The notes: generated from the sequence alone by a model not told the origin. A DNA stretch of 64,000 nt from Candidatus Curtissbacteria bacterium RIFOXYA1_FULL_41_14 (GCA_001775095.1 MFCA01000025.1:116075-180074); one strand, 5' to 3'; counted from the first letter of the stretch, positions 6,263 through 16,421 are shown. A program made the numbers and translations.

Positions 6263-9199
6263 TTAATGAAATATCTCCCTCATTGGTTTTTGCCAAGCAT
6301 TTTTGAGTTTATCTAAATCAAGATTACACAGATTCTTGCTACCACTGAATACACTGATTGTTTTGTCGGCTACTGTTTTTCCAAAAATAGCGTACGGTAT
6401 TCCAGTAAAAAGTTTTTTGGCAATTTGCGGATTTTCAACTTCAACTAAAAATGTTCCGGCTGTTTCAGAAAAAAGGATAAAGTCGGGACGTAGATTCACC
6501 CCCGGGGTGTCCTCATGGTGTCGTCCTGACTTCACCCCGGGGGTGTCAGTCTGGGTGACTACTGAAGACAGGTCGACCTCTGTCCCGCAATTTCCTCCAA
6601 AACACATTTCGGCAAGTGCCGCAGCCAAACCGCCTTCAGATATGTCATGACAGGATAAAATTTGACCTTGTGTTATTCCTTTTGTGACCGAGCCAAAAAC
6701 TTTCGTAAGAGACTTGAGATCAATCTTTGGAATTTCTGGATCTTTCGTGCCGAGAACATCGAAATAAGTAGATCCGCCAAGATTTTTAAAATCAGGTTTA
6801 CCAACTAAAACTATCGTTGATCCTTCTGATTTGAAATCAGAGCTGACTGTTTTTCTAACATCGGGAATTTTGCCAAAGACAGAAATAAGAAGGACAGGTG
6901 GTATCTTGAGAATTTTCCCCGAGGGGTACCTGTAAGTTGACGAAAGACTGTCTTTACCTGAAATAAATGGCATTTTTAAAAGTCTGGCCATATCAGAGCA
7001 GGCATCCACTGACTGGTCTAAGTCAAAAAGTGATTCTTCGTCGGGAAATGGCCAAATGAAATTGTCGATAAGAGCGGCGTTTTTAATATCACCACCGCAG
7101 GAGATGAAATTTGAAACCGCTTCAACAATTGCCCAAATGCTTCCCCCGTATGGATCAATAAGGTTAAGGGTGGGATTTAAACCATGGGTTATTACAACAC
7201 CGTATGGTTTTTTGAGGATTGGTCTAACAATAGTCCCGTCATTGGGTCCGTCTAAATTCACCCCGCTAAATGGATGCAGGGCATTTGTCCCTTGGACATT
7301 GTGGTCATACATTCTGACAATTGGTTCTTTGGAGCAGACATTGCCATGAGAAAGAACCTTCTCAAAAATCTCCTGCCAGTCATCTGCCTTTTTAGGAAGA
7401 GGTGGTAGTTTCTTGTTTCTTGTTTCTCCCGACCTCGTCTCGACTCGGTCGAGGACGGGTTGTTGCTTGTTTCTTGTTGTCTTCATGACTCTTTGAGGTA
7501 GTCCGTGATGTAAAAATTGCATTTCCAGATCACAAACTGGCTTTTTATCAAAAGTAACTCTTAGACGTTTAGAACCGTCGAATTTACCAATTACAGTCGC
7601 CTCAACGTTGTGAAGTTGGCAGATTTGAACAGCCTTTTTGAGATTTTGGGGATCAATTGCTAAAACCATTCGTTCCTGCGATTCGGAAATAAAAATTTCC
7701 CAAGGGGAAAGACCGGAATATTTAAGCGGCGCTTTCTCCAAAAAGACACGGGCGCCGATTTTTTGGCCCATCTCACCGATTGCCGACGAAAATCCACCGG
7801 CTCCGCAATCGGTGATTGCTCTTATTAATCCTTGATCGCGAAGGTCGTAAACTGCATCGATCATTCTTTTTTCCTCAATGGCATTGCCGATCTGAACCGC
7901 TGAACCTAAGACCGTTATTGTCCGATCTGTCATTTCTCCGGAGGAAAAAGTTGCTCCATGGATACCGTCTCGGCCAGTTCTACCCCCGATTGTTACAATT
8001 AGATCCCCTACTTTGGGGAATTGTTTTTTAGCGATTTTTTTGGGGATCAAACCGTAAGAACCGACCCCCACTGTGCATTTGGCGCGAAAATCCGGATGAA
8101 AATGCACGGATCCGTTATTTGTAGGGATGCCTACCCTGTTTCCGTAATCGCGGACTCCGGCAACAACTTTGCGCAGGATGTAGTCGGGAGGTAAACATCC
8201 GGGAGGAATAGATTTTGATGGAAGATCAGGCGGCGCAAAACAAAAAATATCAGTTGATGCGATAATTTTTGCACCTTTACCTGTTCCTAAAACATCACGA
8301 AAAACTCCACCGGAACCGGTCATTGCCCCACCGTACGGTTCAATTGCGCTAGGACTGTTGTGAGTTTCGACTTTGCCGGAAATTGCCCATCCGTCATAGA
8401 AATCAATGACACCGGAGTTATCGACAAATGCCGAAATGATCAGTTTTTTATTGTAGTTTGCTGTTTGCCGAATCCTGTCTATCAAGGGTTTTTTGACTTT
8501 TCCATCAACAATCAATTTTGCTTTGAAAGTCTTGTGGACGCAGTGTTCACTCCAGGTTTGAGCCAGGACTTCAATTTCGCAATCAGTCGGATCACGGCTG
8601 ATTTTGGCAAAATAGTTTTTAATTATCTTCATTTCCTGGCGGTTTAAGAAAAGACGATCTTTGGAAAGTTCCATTAACTGGCTATCTGATAGATTTCGAA
8701 CTGGGATTTTTTCGACTTTACCCTTTTGACCGGAAATCATCAGTGTCTTAGGAGGTTTTTTGACAACTTGTTCGACCGTTTCATTAACCAGAAGCCTATT
8801 CGTTATTATTGAGAGATCTTTGTCTTTCACCTTTCCCCAAAAGGCGTATTCGGTTGAGGTATCGGCAGCAGTCAATTTAATTTTCAAATCAGATGCTGCC
8901 TTGAGGAGCGATCCAACTTCAGGATTCATTACGCCGGGTTTATAGGCGACTTCGATTTTTTTATCGAAGCTGGAGAAAATTGGTTTGTTAAAAGACATTT
9001 GTTGATTAATTGGTTCAAATAAAACAGCTTGAGAAAATTTTTGGGCATCAGAGAAAGAGATTCCTTCAAGGCGGTAGACTTTGGATGAGCGGATATTTTT
9101 GATTGATTTGATGCCAAGCGTCCTTTTAATTTCGGCGAGGAGCTCCTGGCCTTTGGAATCGGTGGGGCTATTTGCAGTAATCCTTATTTCATAAATCAT
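6263..9199 (-). CDS. purL: PurS-PurL fusion: FGAM synthase II with an N-terminal PurS domain, carrying two in-frame repeat insertions
   Basis: First ~80 aa are PurS-like, followed by PurL AIRS/AIRS_C domains. At 978 aa it is ~150 aa longer than PurS+PurL. The extra length includes 'TDTPGVKSGRHHEDTPGV' and 'QQPVLDRVETRSGETRNKK', both encoded by palindromic repeats. Confidence 0.85.
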   Translation of the reverse strand: MIYEIRITANSPTDSKGQELLAEIKRTLGIKSIKNIRSSKVYRLEGISFSDAQKFSQAVLFEPINQQMSFNKPIFSSFDKKIEVAYKPGVMNPEVGSLLKAASDLKIKLTAADTSTEYAFWGKVKDKDLSIITNRLLVNETVEQVVKKPPKTLMISGQKGKVEKIPVRNLSDSQLMELSKDRLFLNRQEMKIIKNYFAKISRDPTDCEIEVLAQTWSEHCVHKTFKAKLIVDGKVKKPLIDRIRQTANYNKKLIISAFVDNSGVIDFYDGWAISGKVETHNSPSAIEPYGGAMTGSGGVFRDVLGTGKGAKIIASTDIFCFAPPDLPSKSIPPGCLPPDYILRKVVAGVRDYGNRVGIPTNNGSVHFHPDFRAKCTVGVGSYGLIPKKIAKKQFPKVGDLIVTIGGRTGRDGIHGATFSSGEMTDRTITVLGSAVQIGNAIEEKRMIDAVYDLRDQGLIRAITDCGAGGFSSAIGEMGQKIGARVFLEKAPLKYSGLSPWEIFISESQERMVLAIDPQNLKKAVQICQLHNVEATVIGKFDGSKRLRVTFDKKPVCDLEMQFLHHGLPQRVMKTTRNKQQPVLDRVETRSGETRNKKLPPLPKKADDWQEIFEKVLSHGNVCSKEPIVRMYDHNVQGTNALHPFSGVNLDGPNDGTIVRPILKKPYGVVITHGLNPTLNLIDPYGGSIWAIVEAVSNFISCGGDIKNAALIDNFIWPFPDEESLFDLDQSVDACSDMARLLKMPFISGKDSLSSTYRYPSGKILKIPPVLLISVFGKIPDVRKTVSSDFKSEGSTIVLVGKPDFKNLGGSTYFDVLGTKDPEIPKIDLKSLTKVFGSVTKGITQGQILSCHDISEGGLAAALAEMCFGGNCGTEVDLSSVVTQTDTPGVKSGRHHEDTPGVNLRPDFILFSETAGTFLVEVENPQIAKKLFTGIPYAIFGKTVADKTISVFSGSKNLCNLDLDKLKNAWQKPMREIFH

Positions 9200-10550
9200 A
9201 AAATCTCTCTAGATCACGAAAGCCTATGTCGGTGCGGTAATGTAAATTATTACCCTCGACATAGACTAAAGATAACGCATTATAAGTTTTTTGTCGGGCT
9301 TGCGCAACGTTTTTCCCTTGGCCGACAACATAAAAAAGGCGGCCGCCATTTACCAGATATTGACCGTTCGAGATCTTTACTCCGGCTCCAAAAATTTTGA
9401 TAGATCCTTTTCCTTCGACAAGCTCGGGATCGGGATGACGAAGAGAAGGAGCAGAATAGTCTAGGAGACGATCTAGTCCGAAAATTCGTTTTCCGATGAC
9501 GACTTTATAATCCTCTGGATAACCGCGGGAAGTAGCAGCTACCACGATTCGAAAGGTATTATCTTTTCTAATTTTAATTTTGTTGAATTGGTTATTTAGG
9601 ACGTAACTTGCGAGCTGAAAAAAATCGTCTTTTATGGCTGGGATTATAACCTGTGCTTCTGGATCTCCCCAGCGGGCATTAAATTCGATAACCCAAACAT
9701 TACCTTTTACGTCTATCATTCCTCCAAGATAAAGAATCCCTCGATACGGTCGATCCATTTTGGCCAGGCCTTCGACTGTTTTTTGGAAAATTGATTTTAT
9801 CTGATTTTCCATTTCGGAATTGATGACCATCGGCGGCGAAGAACAACCCATGCCGCCTGTATTCGGTCCAAGATTACCATCATAAACTTGTTTATGATCC
9901 TGAGCGTGGCCGACGACAATAAAATTCGGACCATCAACAATAGCAAATGAAGAAAACTCTTCACCGCGAAGACACTCTTCAATTAAAAATATCTCTCCGC
10001 TTTTGCCAAAATTTTTCATCTCGTGAATTTTCTCAATAGCATCAGAATTGTCTTTTGCGTAAAGCGCTCCTTTGCCTGCTGCTAAACCTGAAGCTTTAAC
10101 ATACCACTCACTTTCTTTTCGGGATTTAATGAATTTAATTCCATCTTGTTCTGATTTACAGATTTTAAAAGCCGGAGTCGGAATATCAAATTTTTCCATA
10201 AACCTCCGGGCAAAGGCCTTATCCCACTCAATTTGACCTGCGGTTTTAGTCGGACCAAAAACCTTGAAGCCTCCTTTCAAAAGAGTATCAGTTACACCAA
10301 CTGCAACCGCATCATCCTGGGCAACATCAACTAGATCGATTTTTTCCCTCTTGGCAATGGAGGCGATTTGATCAACATCGGTAGTTTTTATTTGAGGAAA
10401 GATCACAACTTTTTTTTTGTTTTGTGAAAGCATCAGATCATTGCCGGGAATGGCTAAGACTTTTGCGACATGGGGACTTTGTAGGTATTTGTCAACAAGA
10501 ACTGATCCGCGTCCGCCGCCGTCAATGACTAAAACTGTAGCTTTGTGCAT
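9189..10550 (-). CDS. purD: phosphoribosylamine--glycine ligase
   Basis: ATP-grasp fold with N-terminal 'VLVIDGGGRG'. Length is typical for PurD. Confidence 0.85.
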   Translation of the reverse strand: MHKATVLVIDGGGRGSVLVDKYLQSPHVAKVLAIPGNDLMLSQNKKKVVIFPQIKTTDVDQIASIAKREKIDLVDVAQDDAVAVGVTDTLLKGGFKVFGPTKTAGQIEWDKAFARRFMEKFDIPTPAFKICKSEQDGIKFIKSRKESEWYVKASGLAAGKGALYAKDNSDAIEKIHEMKNFGKSGEIFLIEECLRGEEFSSFAIVDGPNFIVVGHAQDHKQVYDGNLGPNTGGMGCSSPPMVINSEMENQIKSIFQKTVEGLAKMDRPYRGILYLGGMIDVKGNVWVIEFNARWGDPEAQVIIPAIKDDFFQLASYVLNNQFNKIKIRKDNTFRIVVAATSRGYPEDYKVVIGKRIFGLDRLLDYSAPSLRHPDPELVEGKGSIKIFGAGVKISNGQYLVNGGRLFYVVGQGKNVAQARQKTYNALSLVYVEGNNLHYRTDIGFRDLERFYDL

Positions 10551-10709
10551 AGATAAATTTCTAAATCCTAAATCCTAAATCCTAAATCCTAAACAAATTC
10601 TAATGACCAAAATCCAAATTTCAAAACTTTTTATTTTTTTTGAATTTAGATTTTTGATATTGTTTAGAGTTTAGATATTAGTGCTTAGGATTTATTTAGG
10701 TCAATTAGG

Positions 10710-11411
10710 TCAATTTAAATACCTGCTTATAACTTCATCAATTGCTTCGATAAATATTTCGTCCTCAATTGGCATAAATTTTGCCCGAAGATCCTCGATT
10801 GTTTTTATATCCCCTACTCTAATAAATTTTCTTCTGATAACTGCCCCCGTATCGTAAACTGTCGGCTTCATGAAATGAATCGTTGGACCAAAGTAAGTCA
10901 GTCTCTTAGCCAAGACCGCTTTGAAAACATCTGTTTGTTCCCCTTTGATAACTGGGCTGATTGTACCATCGGGGAGGGTAATTTTATCGCCTTCACCCTT
11001 TTTAGGTAGTAGTGCCGGATGTGCATTAATTGCCGCATACCCTTCACCGAAATTGCACTTGAAAAAATTGAAAAAGTTATCATCCATTACTAAATCCCAA
11101 CCGCCGAAAACCAGAAGCTTTGGCCTGTATTGCGGCTGAGATATGAACCAGCCCAAGTCCTTCATGTAGTTGGACCTTGCTTTTGAGTCACCACTGGCCA
11201 TCCTGCTGCGATAATCAGGAAGATTCCAATAAACTGCCGGTATTTGATTTTCAAGAGCAAATTTAAGTCCCCAAGATTCCTTCTTATGACTAACCACTAA
11301 TCTAATATAGAATTTACTTTGAGGCTTTTGGGCAGCTTTTATGATTGCCGGCAGCTTTGCACCTCCTCCAATCATAATAGCAATAGGAGTTTTTTGGGAT
11401 TGAGAGGCCAT
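10710..11411 (-). CDS. purN: formyltransferase, phosphoribosylglycinamide formyltransferase-like
   Basis: Formyl_trans_N signature 'INAHPALLP', in pur-operon context. Confidence 0.65.
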   Translation of the reverse strand: MASQSQKTPIAIMIGGGAKLPAIIKAAQKPQSKFYIRLVVSHKKESWGLKFALENQIPAVYWNLPDYRSRMASGDSKARSNYMKDLGWFISQPQYRPKLLVFGGWDLVMDDNFFNFFKCNFGEGYAAINAHPALLPKKGEGDKITLPDGTISPVIKGEQTDVFKAVLAKRLTYFGPTIHFMKPTVYDTGAVIRRKFIRVGDIKTIEDLRAKFMPIEDEIFIEAIDEVISRYLN

Positions 11412-11458
11412 TAATTTAGACCTAATATAACAATAGGTAGCTTCTAGTGCAAGAGGAG

Positions 11459-11695
11459 TTACTTTTCGTCTTTAAGGTAAAGTCCCAAAATCCCCAGAAC
11501 ACCGGCAACCAAAAAAAGCTGTGTAGGAGCGATCGATGTAAAGTCGTTTTGAGTAACAAACTCAAAAGCTCCAACCAGAATAATCACAGCTGTCGCTGCA
11601 ATTAATAGTTGCGACAAAGGGGCGCTTTTGGACCTTTTTAAAAGCGCTTTTTTGGCCATATAAATTATAATTGCATTTTTTGCCAAAAGTGTCAA
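11459..11695 (-). CDS. small two-TM membrane protein, first gene of the pur operon, leaderless
   Basis: 78-aa hydrophobic ORF. On the minus strand TTGACA-~17-AATTAT/TATAAT sits immediately before the ATG. Confidence 0.4.
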   Translation of the reverse strand: MTLLAKNAIIIYMAKKALLKRSKSAPLSQLLIAATAVIILVGAFEFVTQNDFTSIAPTQLFLVAGVLGILGLYLKDEK

Positions 11696-11770
11696 CTTCC
11701 ACTCTCTGCGTCATTCCCGCAAATGCGGGAATCTATACAATAATTTGATTTGGGGAATAAAAAAGATTAC

Positions 11771-12241
11771 GGGAAGAGAGTAAGCCAGATTCTGTTTTAC
11801 CCTTCGATTACACTCAGGGTAAAACCCTGAGCTTGTCGAATGGGTTTTAACGATCATCTATCTCGAAATGACAATTTGATCATTTCGGCTCGCCTTTTGG
11901 GCGGGCTGCCCCTACTTAGAACCTCCCGGAAGCATGGTCAAACGGTTCTAGTCTGGGTTGCAACAGGTAGGATTGTCAGCGTTTCACTCCCGCTCGTCTC
12001 TGTGACTCTCAAGTCTTGTCAGTTCAAGACCTGTTCTAAACCCCGTATGCGGGGAACATCTGCTGTGGAGCAGACAAGGGTCTAGACACCAGCTATTAGC
12101 CTTCGACTGTACTCAGGCTACCCTGAATTACATTGAAGGGTACTAGTCGGAGCTTACACTCCGTCCCTTGCTTCCTGTTGTCTGGACTTTCCTCCAGGTA
12201 CCGTACGGTACCTGGCGATCGTTCTTCTTCCCGAAATCAGA
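11771..12241 (-). ncRNA. rnpB: RNase P RNA (bacterial type)
   Basis: Minus strand carries the conserved 'GGAGGAAAGUCCAGAC' (P4 5' strand) near the 5' end and 'ACAGAAUCUGGCUUA' (P4 3' strand) near the 3' end, plus 'GUGAAACGCUG'-like segments. A T-run and the hairpin 'GATTCCCGCATTTGCGGGAATG' follow the 3' end. Confidence 0.7.
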
Positions 12242-12342
12242 TATGGATTATATCAAAAAATAGGCAAATCTTCCACTAACCGATAACACCCCGGGGTGCG
12301 CAAAGATACACCCAGGCTCACCTCGGGGGTGGATCTTTGACT

Positions 12343-13374
12343 TTACTGTTCCTTTAATCCGTCTTCAAATTTCTGATCTTCTTCTAAGAATTCTCTAAAA
12401 ATAATCCTGGCGACAACTACTGTCGGTACTGCCAGAACGGCTCCCCCAATCCCGGCAAGTTTGGCGCCAATTAAAAGGGCTAGAATAACCACAGGAGGTT
12501 GCAGTCCAACCGCTTTGGACATAACCACAGGAACAATAAGGTGGTTTTCCAGTTGCTGGACTATAAAGAACAAGGCAGCGATTGCTAAACCAATGAGTGG
12601 GGAGATAGTTAAACCGACAAGAATTGCCGGAATGGAAGAAACGATTGGTCCGACAATTGGTACAATTTCCAAGAGTCCGGCAACTAGAGCCAGTGGCAGC
12701 GCGAATGGAATTTGCAAGATTGTCAAACCAATAAATATTAATATACCCACAATAAATGACAGGGCGATTTGTCCTCTAACCCAGCTCCCTAAACCGGCCT
12801 CTACTTTTGAAATCGCACTGCTGACCTTTTTTTCTTGTTTCCCGGAAAATGGCGAAGCGATAAATTTGATGGCGCTTTTGTGCTCTAGAAGAAGATAGAA
12901 GGTAAATACAAAAATTGTAATTAATAAAAATATGCTTGAAAAAATCGCAGTCGATATTGAAATTAAATTGCCGATAACTGCTTGAATTTGTCTGGTTAAA
13001 ATGTCCGAAAGGTTCTGAACGGGGATTTGGTAAAAGACTAAAAAGTCATTAATCTTGGAGATGATTTGCGGTAATTTTGAAATAAAATCGGATGTCTGGG
13101 ATATCAGAGGCGGAATGATAATACCGACAATAAAGGAAATAACTGCAATGAGTATTATGTAAACGAATAAAATCGACAGGACTCTTGGAATTCGTCTTAC
13201 GTTTAACCATTCGACAGGTTTAAGAAGCGCCGAGAGCAGAATTATTGAGAAAAAAACAAAAACTAAAATTTGACGGATTTGAATTAGAAACCAAAGGCCA
13301 ATCAGAACCGAAACCGTAAAAATAACTGTTTTGTAGGAAATTTCGATTCTCAATGGCGTGTTATCTTGCGGCAT
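12343..13374 (-). CDS. AI-2E family transporter (PerM/YhhT-like permease)
   Basis: ~8-TM protein with the characteristic AI-2E topology and length. Confidence 0.65.
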   Translation of the reverse strand: MPQDNTPLRIEISYKTVIFTVSVLIGLWFLIQIRQILVFVFFSIILLSALLKPVEWLNVRRIPRVLSILFVYIILIAVISFIVGIIIPPLISQTSDFISKLPQIISKINDFLVFYQIPVQNLSDILTRQIQAVIGNLISISTAIFSSIFLLITIFVFTFYLLLEHKSAIKFIASPFSGKQEKKVSSAISKVEAGLGSWVRGQIALSFIVGILIFIGLTILQIPFALPLALVAGLLEIVPIVGPIVSSIPAILVGLTISPLIGLAIAALFFIVQQLENHLIVPVVMSKAVGLQPPVVILALLIGAKLAGIGGAVLAVPTVVVARIIFREFLEEDQKFEDGLKEQ

Positions 13375-13474
13375 TTGTCCTTCAGTATATCAGGAAGCCC
13401 ATTCAAGCGAAAGCTTGAAGCGCAATCTCGCCCTCCAAGAGACACACCCGGTGTGTGCTCGGATGGGACTTGGC

Positions 13475-14488
13475 TCACACCGGGTGCGAAACAAGTTTTT
13501 TCAACTCTTGCTGCCAGTTGGGTTTTGAAATATCAAAAAGCCTAATTTTGGGAAACTTTTTAAACCAGGTTTTTTGGCGTCTGATAAAACTATGAACGTT
13601 GCCTCTTAGGCGGTTAATCGCTTCTCTCTGACTGATTTTGCCCGAAAGGTATCTTGATATCCAGCGACATTCAAGGCCAAGATCATCAAGCCACTGGGGG
13701 CTAACCCTTTTCTCTAGAAGTGTTTGAACTTCTTCAATCATTCCGTGCTCCAATCGTTCCTCAAGCCATTTATCAGCGCGGCTGTAAAGATAATTGTTTG
13801 GTGCGGTTAAGCCGATGATTTGATATTCCCCATCAAGCGACACACCCGGTGTGCGCTTTGACGCGACCCCGCTCACACCGGGTGTGAGATAGGAAGCGCG
13901 AGCGATTTCAATCGCGCGAATCAAGCGTCTTGGGTTTTGACGATCCGACTCATTCATACTCTTCGCTCTTTTTGGATCAATCTTTTCAAGTTTTTGATAA
14001 AGATGATCAATCGATAATTTCTCAAGCTCTCGGCGAAGTGTTAAGTCAGAAGGAATGCCGACTGATCCAATTCCATCGAGCAATGCTTTAATATAAAATC
14101 CTGTACCGCCCACTACAATCGGTAATTTCTTTGATACTATGATTTGAATCATAGTATCAGAAGCAAATTTTAAAAAATCTGATACCGAAAAAATTCCTTG
14201 CTCCGAACCCGGTTCGCGCAAAGATCCATCTGGGCTCGAATCGGGTTCGTATCTGGGTGGTTCCACAAGGTCGAAGCCGTGGATTTTGACACCATCGACA
14301 ATCCAGAAACCTTTGTGCTTTTCGACTTTTGATTTGAAGGAGGCTTTACCTGTTGTGATATCAAGATTCTGATATACCTGTCTTGAATCGGCTGAAATAA
14401 GTTCACCCTGAAACTTGCGTGCAAGTTGAAGGGCTAAGGCAGTTTTACCTGTTGCTGTCGGTCCATAAATAATCAATCTCTTTTTCAT
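13475..14488 (-). CDS. miaA: tRNA dimethylallyltransferase, with in-frame palindromic-repeat insertions
   Basis: P-loop 'GPTATGKT' and IPPT core. About 30 aa longer than typical MiaA. Carries a repeated 'TPGVS' peptide encoded by GC-rich palindromes. Confidence 0.85.
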   Translation of the reverse strand: MKKRLIIYGPTATGKTALALQLARKFQGELISADSRQVYQNLDITTGKASFKSKVEKHKGFWIVDGVKIHGFDLVEPPRYEPDSSPDGSLREPGSEQGIFSVSDFLKFASDTMIQIIVSKKLPIVVGGTGFYIKALLDGIGSVGIPSDLTLRRELEKLSIDHLYQKLEKIDPKRAKSMNESDRQNPRRLIRAIEIARASYLTPGVSGVASKRTPGVSLDGEYQIIGLTAPNNYLYSRADKWLEERLEHGMIEEVQTLLEKRVSPQWLDDLGLECRWISRYLSGKISQREAINRLRGNVHSFIRRQKTWFKKFPKIRLFDISKPNWQQELKKLVSHPV

Positions 14489-16383
14489 CTAATTTGATAG
14501 AGCTTGTAATCAGGTCCGCCAGAAACAAAAGTAAAATTTTTGGCAAAATAATCTTCATTGAGTCGTGGTTCAAAATTGCGTTCGCGAGGACTTATTAATA
14601 CATAGTCAACCTTATACTTATTAAAAAGAAAGGATGGGCCACCTTTAAACATTGTGTGCACATCGGTTTCTCTTTGACTCCAATCGGCAAGTCCCCAAGA
14701 CCAGGCATTACCTGGAAATCCAATGATAATTTTTCTACCGGCAAGGGCAGTAACTGGGTGATCATGAATTGCTGCTGTTAAGATAAGAGACCTTGGTTCT
14801 GTTTTTGCTATGATTACATCGGCAAGTTCGATATCATTTCGAGACCATAGATTTATTTTGGTTTTTTGAGTGTTAAATATCCTTGTTACCTCAATAACTC
14901 CGGAAATGATAAGTGTTATAAACAATACTGTTGCGATAATTTTTCCTAGATCGTTTTTTTTATAAAAATATAACAAAGATTCTGCAACAAAGAATGCTCC
15001 AATTAGATACCAATAGGTCATTATTTTCAAATTATCGTATGGCCAAGGTGCAAAACGGATAATATTTGGCAAAATGAATAAAATGACTGAGGCTATCAGT
15101 ACATTTCTGGCAACCGGAGCCAGCTTTATTTTAAAAATAGCAAAAATAAAAAGAGGCCAGAAGAATCCAGTGTTTTTAAACCAGAATAAAAAAATATTCT
15201 CATGTCCTTTCATCCATCCCCAATTAAGTCCAACTGTCTGGCTCAAATTCAAAGATATGAATAAAGGTAACTGAATAAGACCAAGGGTTACTATCGGCAA
15301 CAAAAAACAAAAGATAATTGCTGCTAAATGACTTTTGGCTTTCGCCAAACCGTATTGAATAAAATCAGTAAGAATTGTAAGAGGAATTAAAACGCTAATT
15401 AAGAATAAGAAGCTAAGATATGAATGCATGTGGAAAAAGGGCATAATGGCTACTAAACAACCAGAGGCCAGTAAGTACGAATTTTTGTTCCTAGAAATAC
15501 CCAGAATCAAAAATATCAAGCCAAGTAAGAACATCGGCAAACCAAAAAGGAATCCTCTTTGAGGGAGAAGCTCTGAATATAAGAATGAGAAAAACCATAA
15601 ATTTTTCTCCCCATAAAAAGTGTATTCATGGGGAGGAAATAATAAAGTTTGCCAAAAGTTTGATGATGTCAGCAGGTCTTGCAAGAAGTACAAAAAACCC
15701 AATCCACCCCAAAAAATACCTATAAATAAACCAACTATTGCTGTTTTTTTTGAGCCGGTTAAGATAATTCCTAGAAAGTAAATCAAGACTATGACAGATA
15801 TACCCAAAATTATCCCAGGTATTATTAAAGATGTTTTTAAACTAGCCCCTAAAACCTGCAGAACAGCGGATAAGAAATCGGCGAAAAAAGGATAGGAGAT
15901 AGTTTGACCAGCATAAAGTGGATTTTGGGGAGGAAAATTATTCCCATGAACAAATGAGGAAATAATTGCTATATGGACCGGCCAATCTGTCCAAACGAGG
16001 CGGTTACCGGCAATGATACCATTTTCGTTAACATAGATTGATTTGAAAAAAAAGACGACTATAAATATTCCCAGAACTAAAAGACTGCCAACAATAAAGG
16101 GATTCTTTTTAACTTCTAATTTTCCAAAAATTTCGAAAGCTCCAGGTCTTTTAGTTAAAAAAATTAATGATGGGAAAAATGTCAAGGAGGTTGCTATTAA
16201 AACATTCGTTATATTAAGGCCGAACACTTGTGAAATCCCAAAAATTACAAGAATATTTACAATAACTCCAAGAATGATTGCAAAGAAAATTTTTATATAT
16301 GAGGGAAGAACTATTTTTACTGCTTCCATAATGGCCAGGCCGAGACCCATGGAGGCGAAAAAGAAAAGTAGTGTGAGTGGCAT
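14485..16383 (-). CDS. large polytopic membrane protein with a periplasmic C-terminal domain; paralog of 16422..18152; GT-C-like glycosyltransferase only suspected
   Basis: ~13 predicted TM segments. Shared motifs with its paralog: 'NFPPQNPLYAG..YPFFADFLSA' and C-terminal 'GFPGNAWSWG'. Confidence 0.5.
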   Translation of the reverse strand: MPLTLLFFFASMGLGLAIMEAVKIVLPSYIKIFFAIILGVIVNILVIFGISQVFGLNITNVLIATSLTFFPSLIFLTKRPGAFEIFGKLEVKKNPFIVGSLLVLGIFIVVFFFKSIYVNENGIIAGNRLVWTDWPVHIAIISSFVHGNNFPPQNPLYAGQTISYPFFADFLSAVLQVLGASLKTSLIIPGIILGISVIVLIYFLGIILTGSKKTAIVGLFIGIFWGGLGFLYFLQDLLTSSNFWQTLLFPPHEYTFYGEKNLWFFSFLYSELLPQRGFLFGLPMFLLGLIFLILGISRNKNSYLLASGCLVAIMPFFHMHSYLSFLFLISVLIPLTILTDFIQYGLAKAKSHLAAIIFCFLLPIVTLGLIQLPLFISLNLSQTVGLNWGWMKGHENIFLFWFKNTGFFWPLFIFAIFKIKLAPVARNVLIASVILFILPNIIRFAPWPYDNLKIMTYWYLIGAFFVAESLLYFYKKNDLGKIIATVLFITLIISGVIEVTRIFNTQKTKINLWSRNDIELADVIIAKTEPRSLILTAAIHDHPVTALAGRKIIIGFPGNAWSWGLADWSQRETDVHTMFKGGPSFLFNKYKVDYVLISPRERNFEPRLNEDYFAKNFTFVSGGPDYKLYQIR

Positions 16384-16421
16384 CTAATTATTTATTTTAA
16401 TACAGTTGATATACTATTAAC

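Noticed and set aside
10561-10600. Tandem short repeats considered as a possible CRISPR array
   Set aside because: Units are 7 bp with no spacers. No cas genes were seen in the window. Classified as heptamer tandem arrays.
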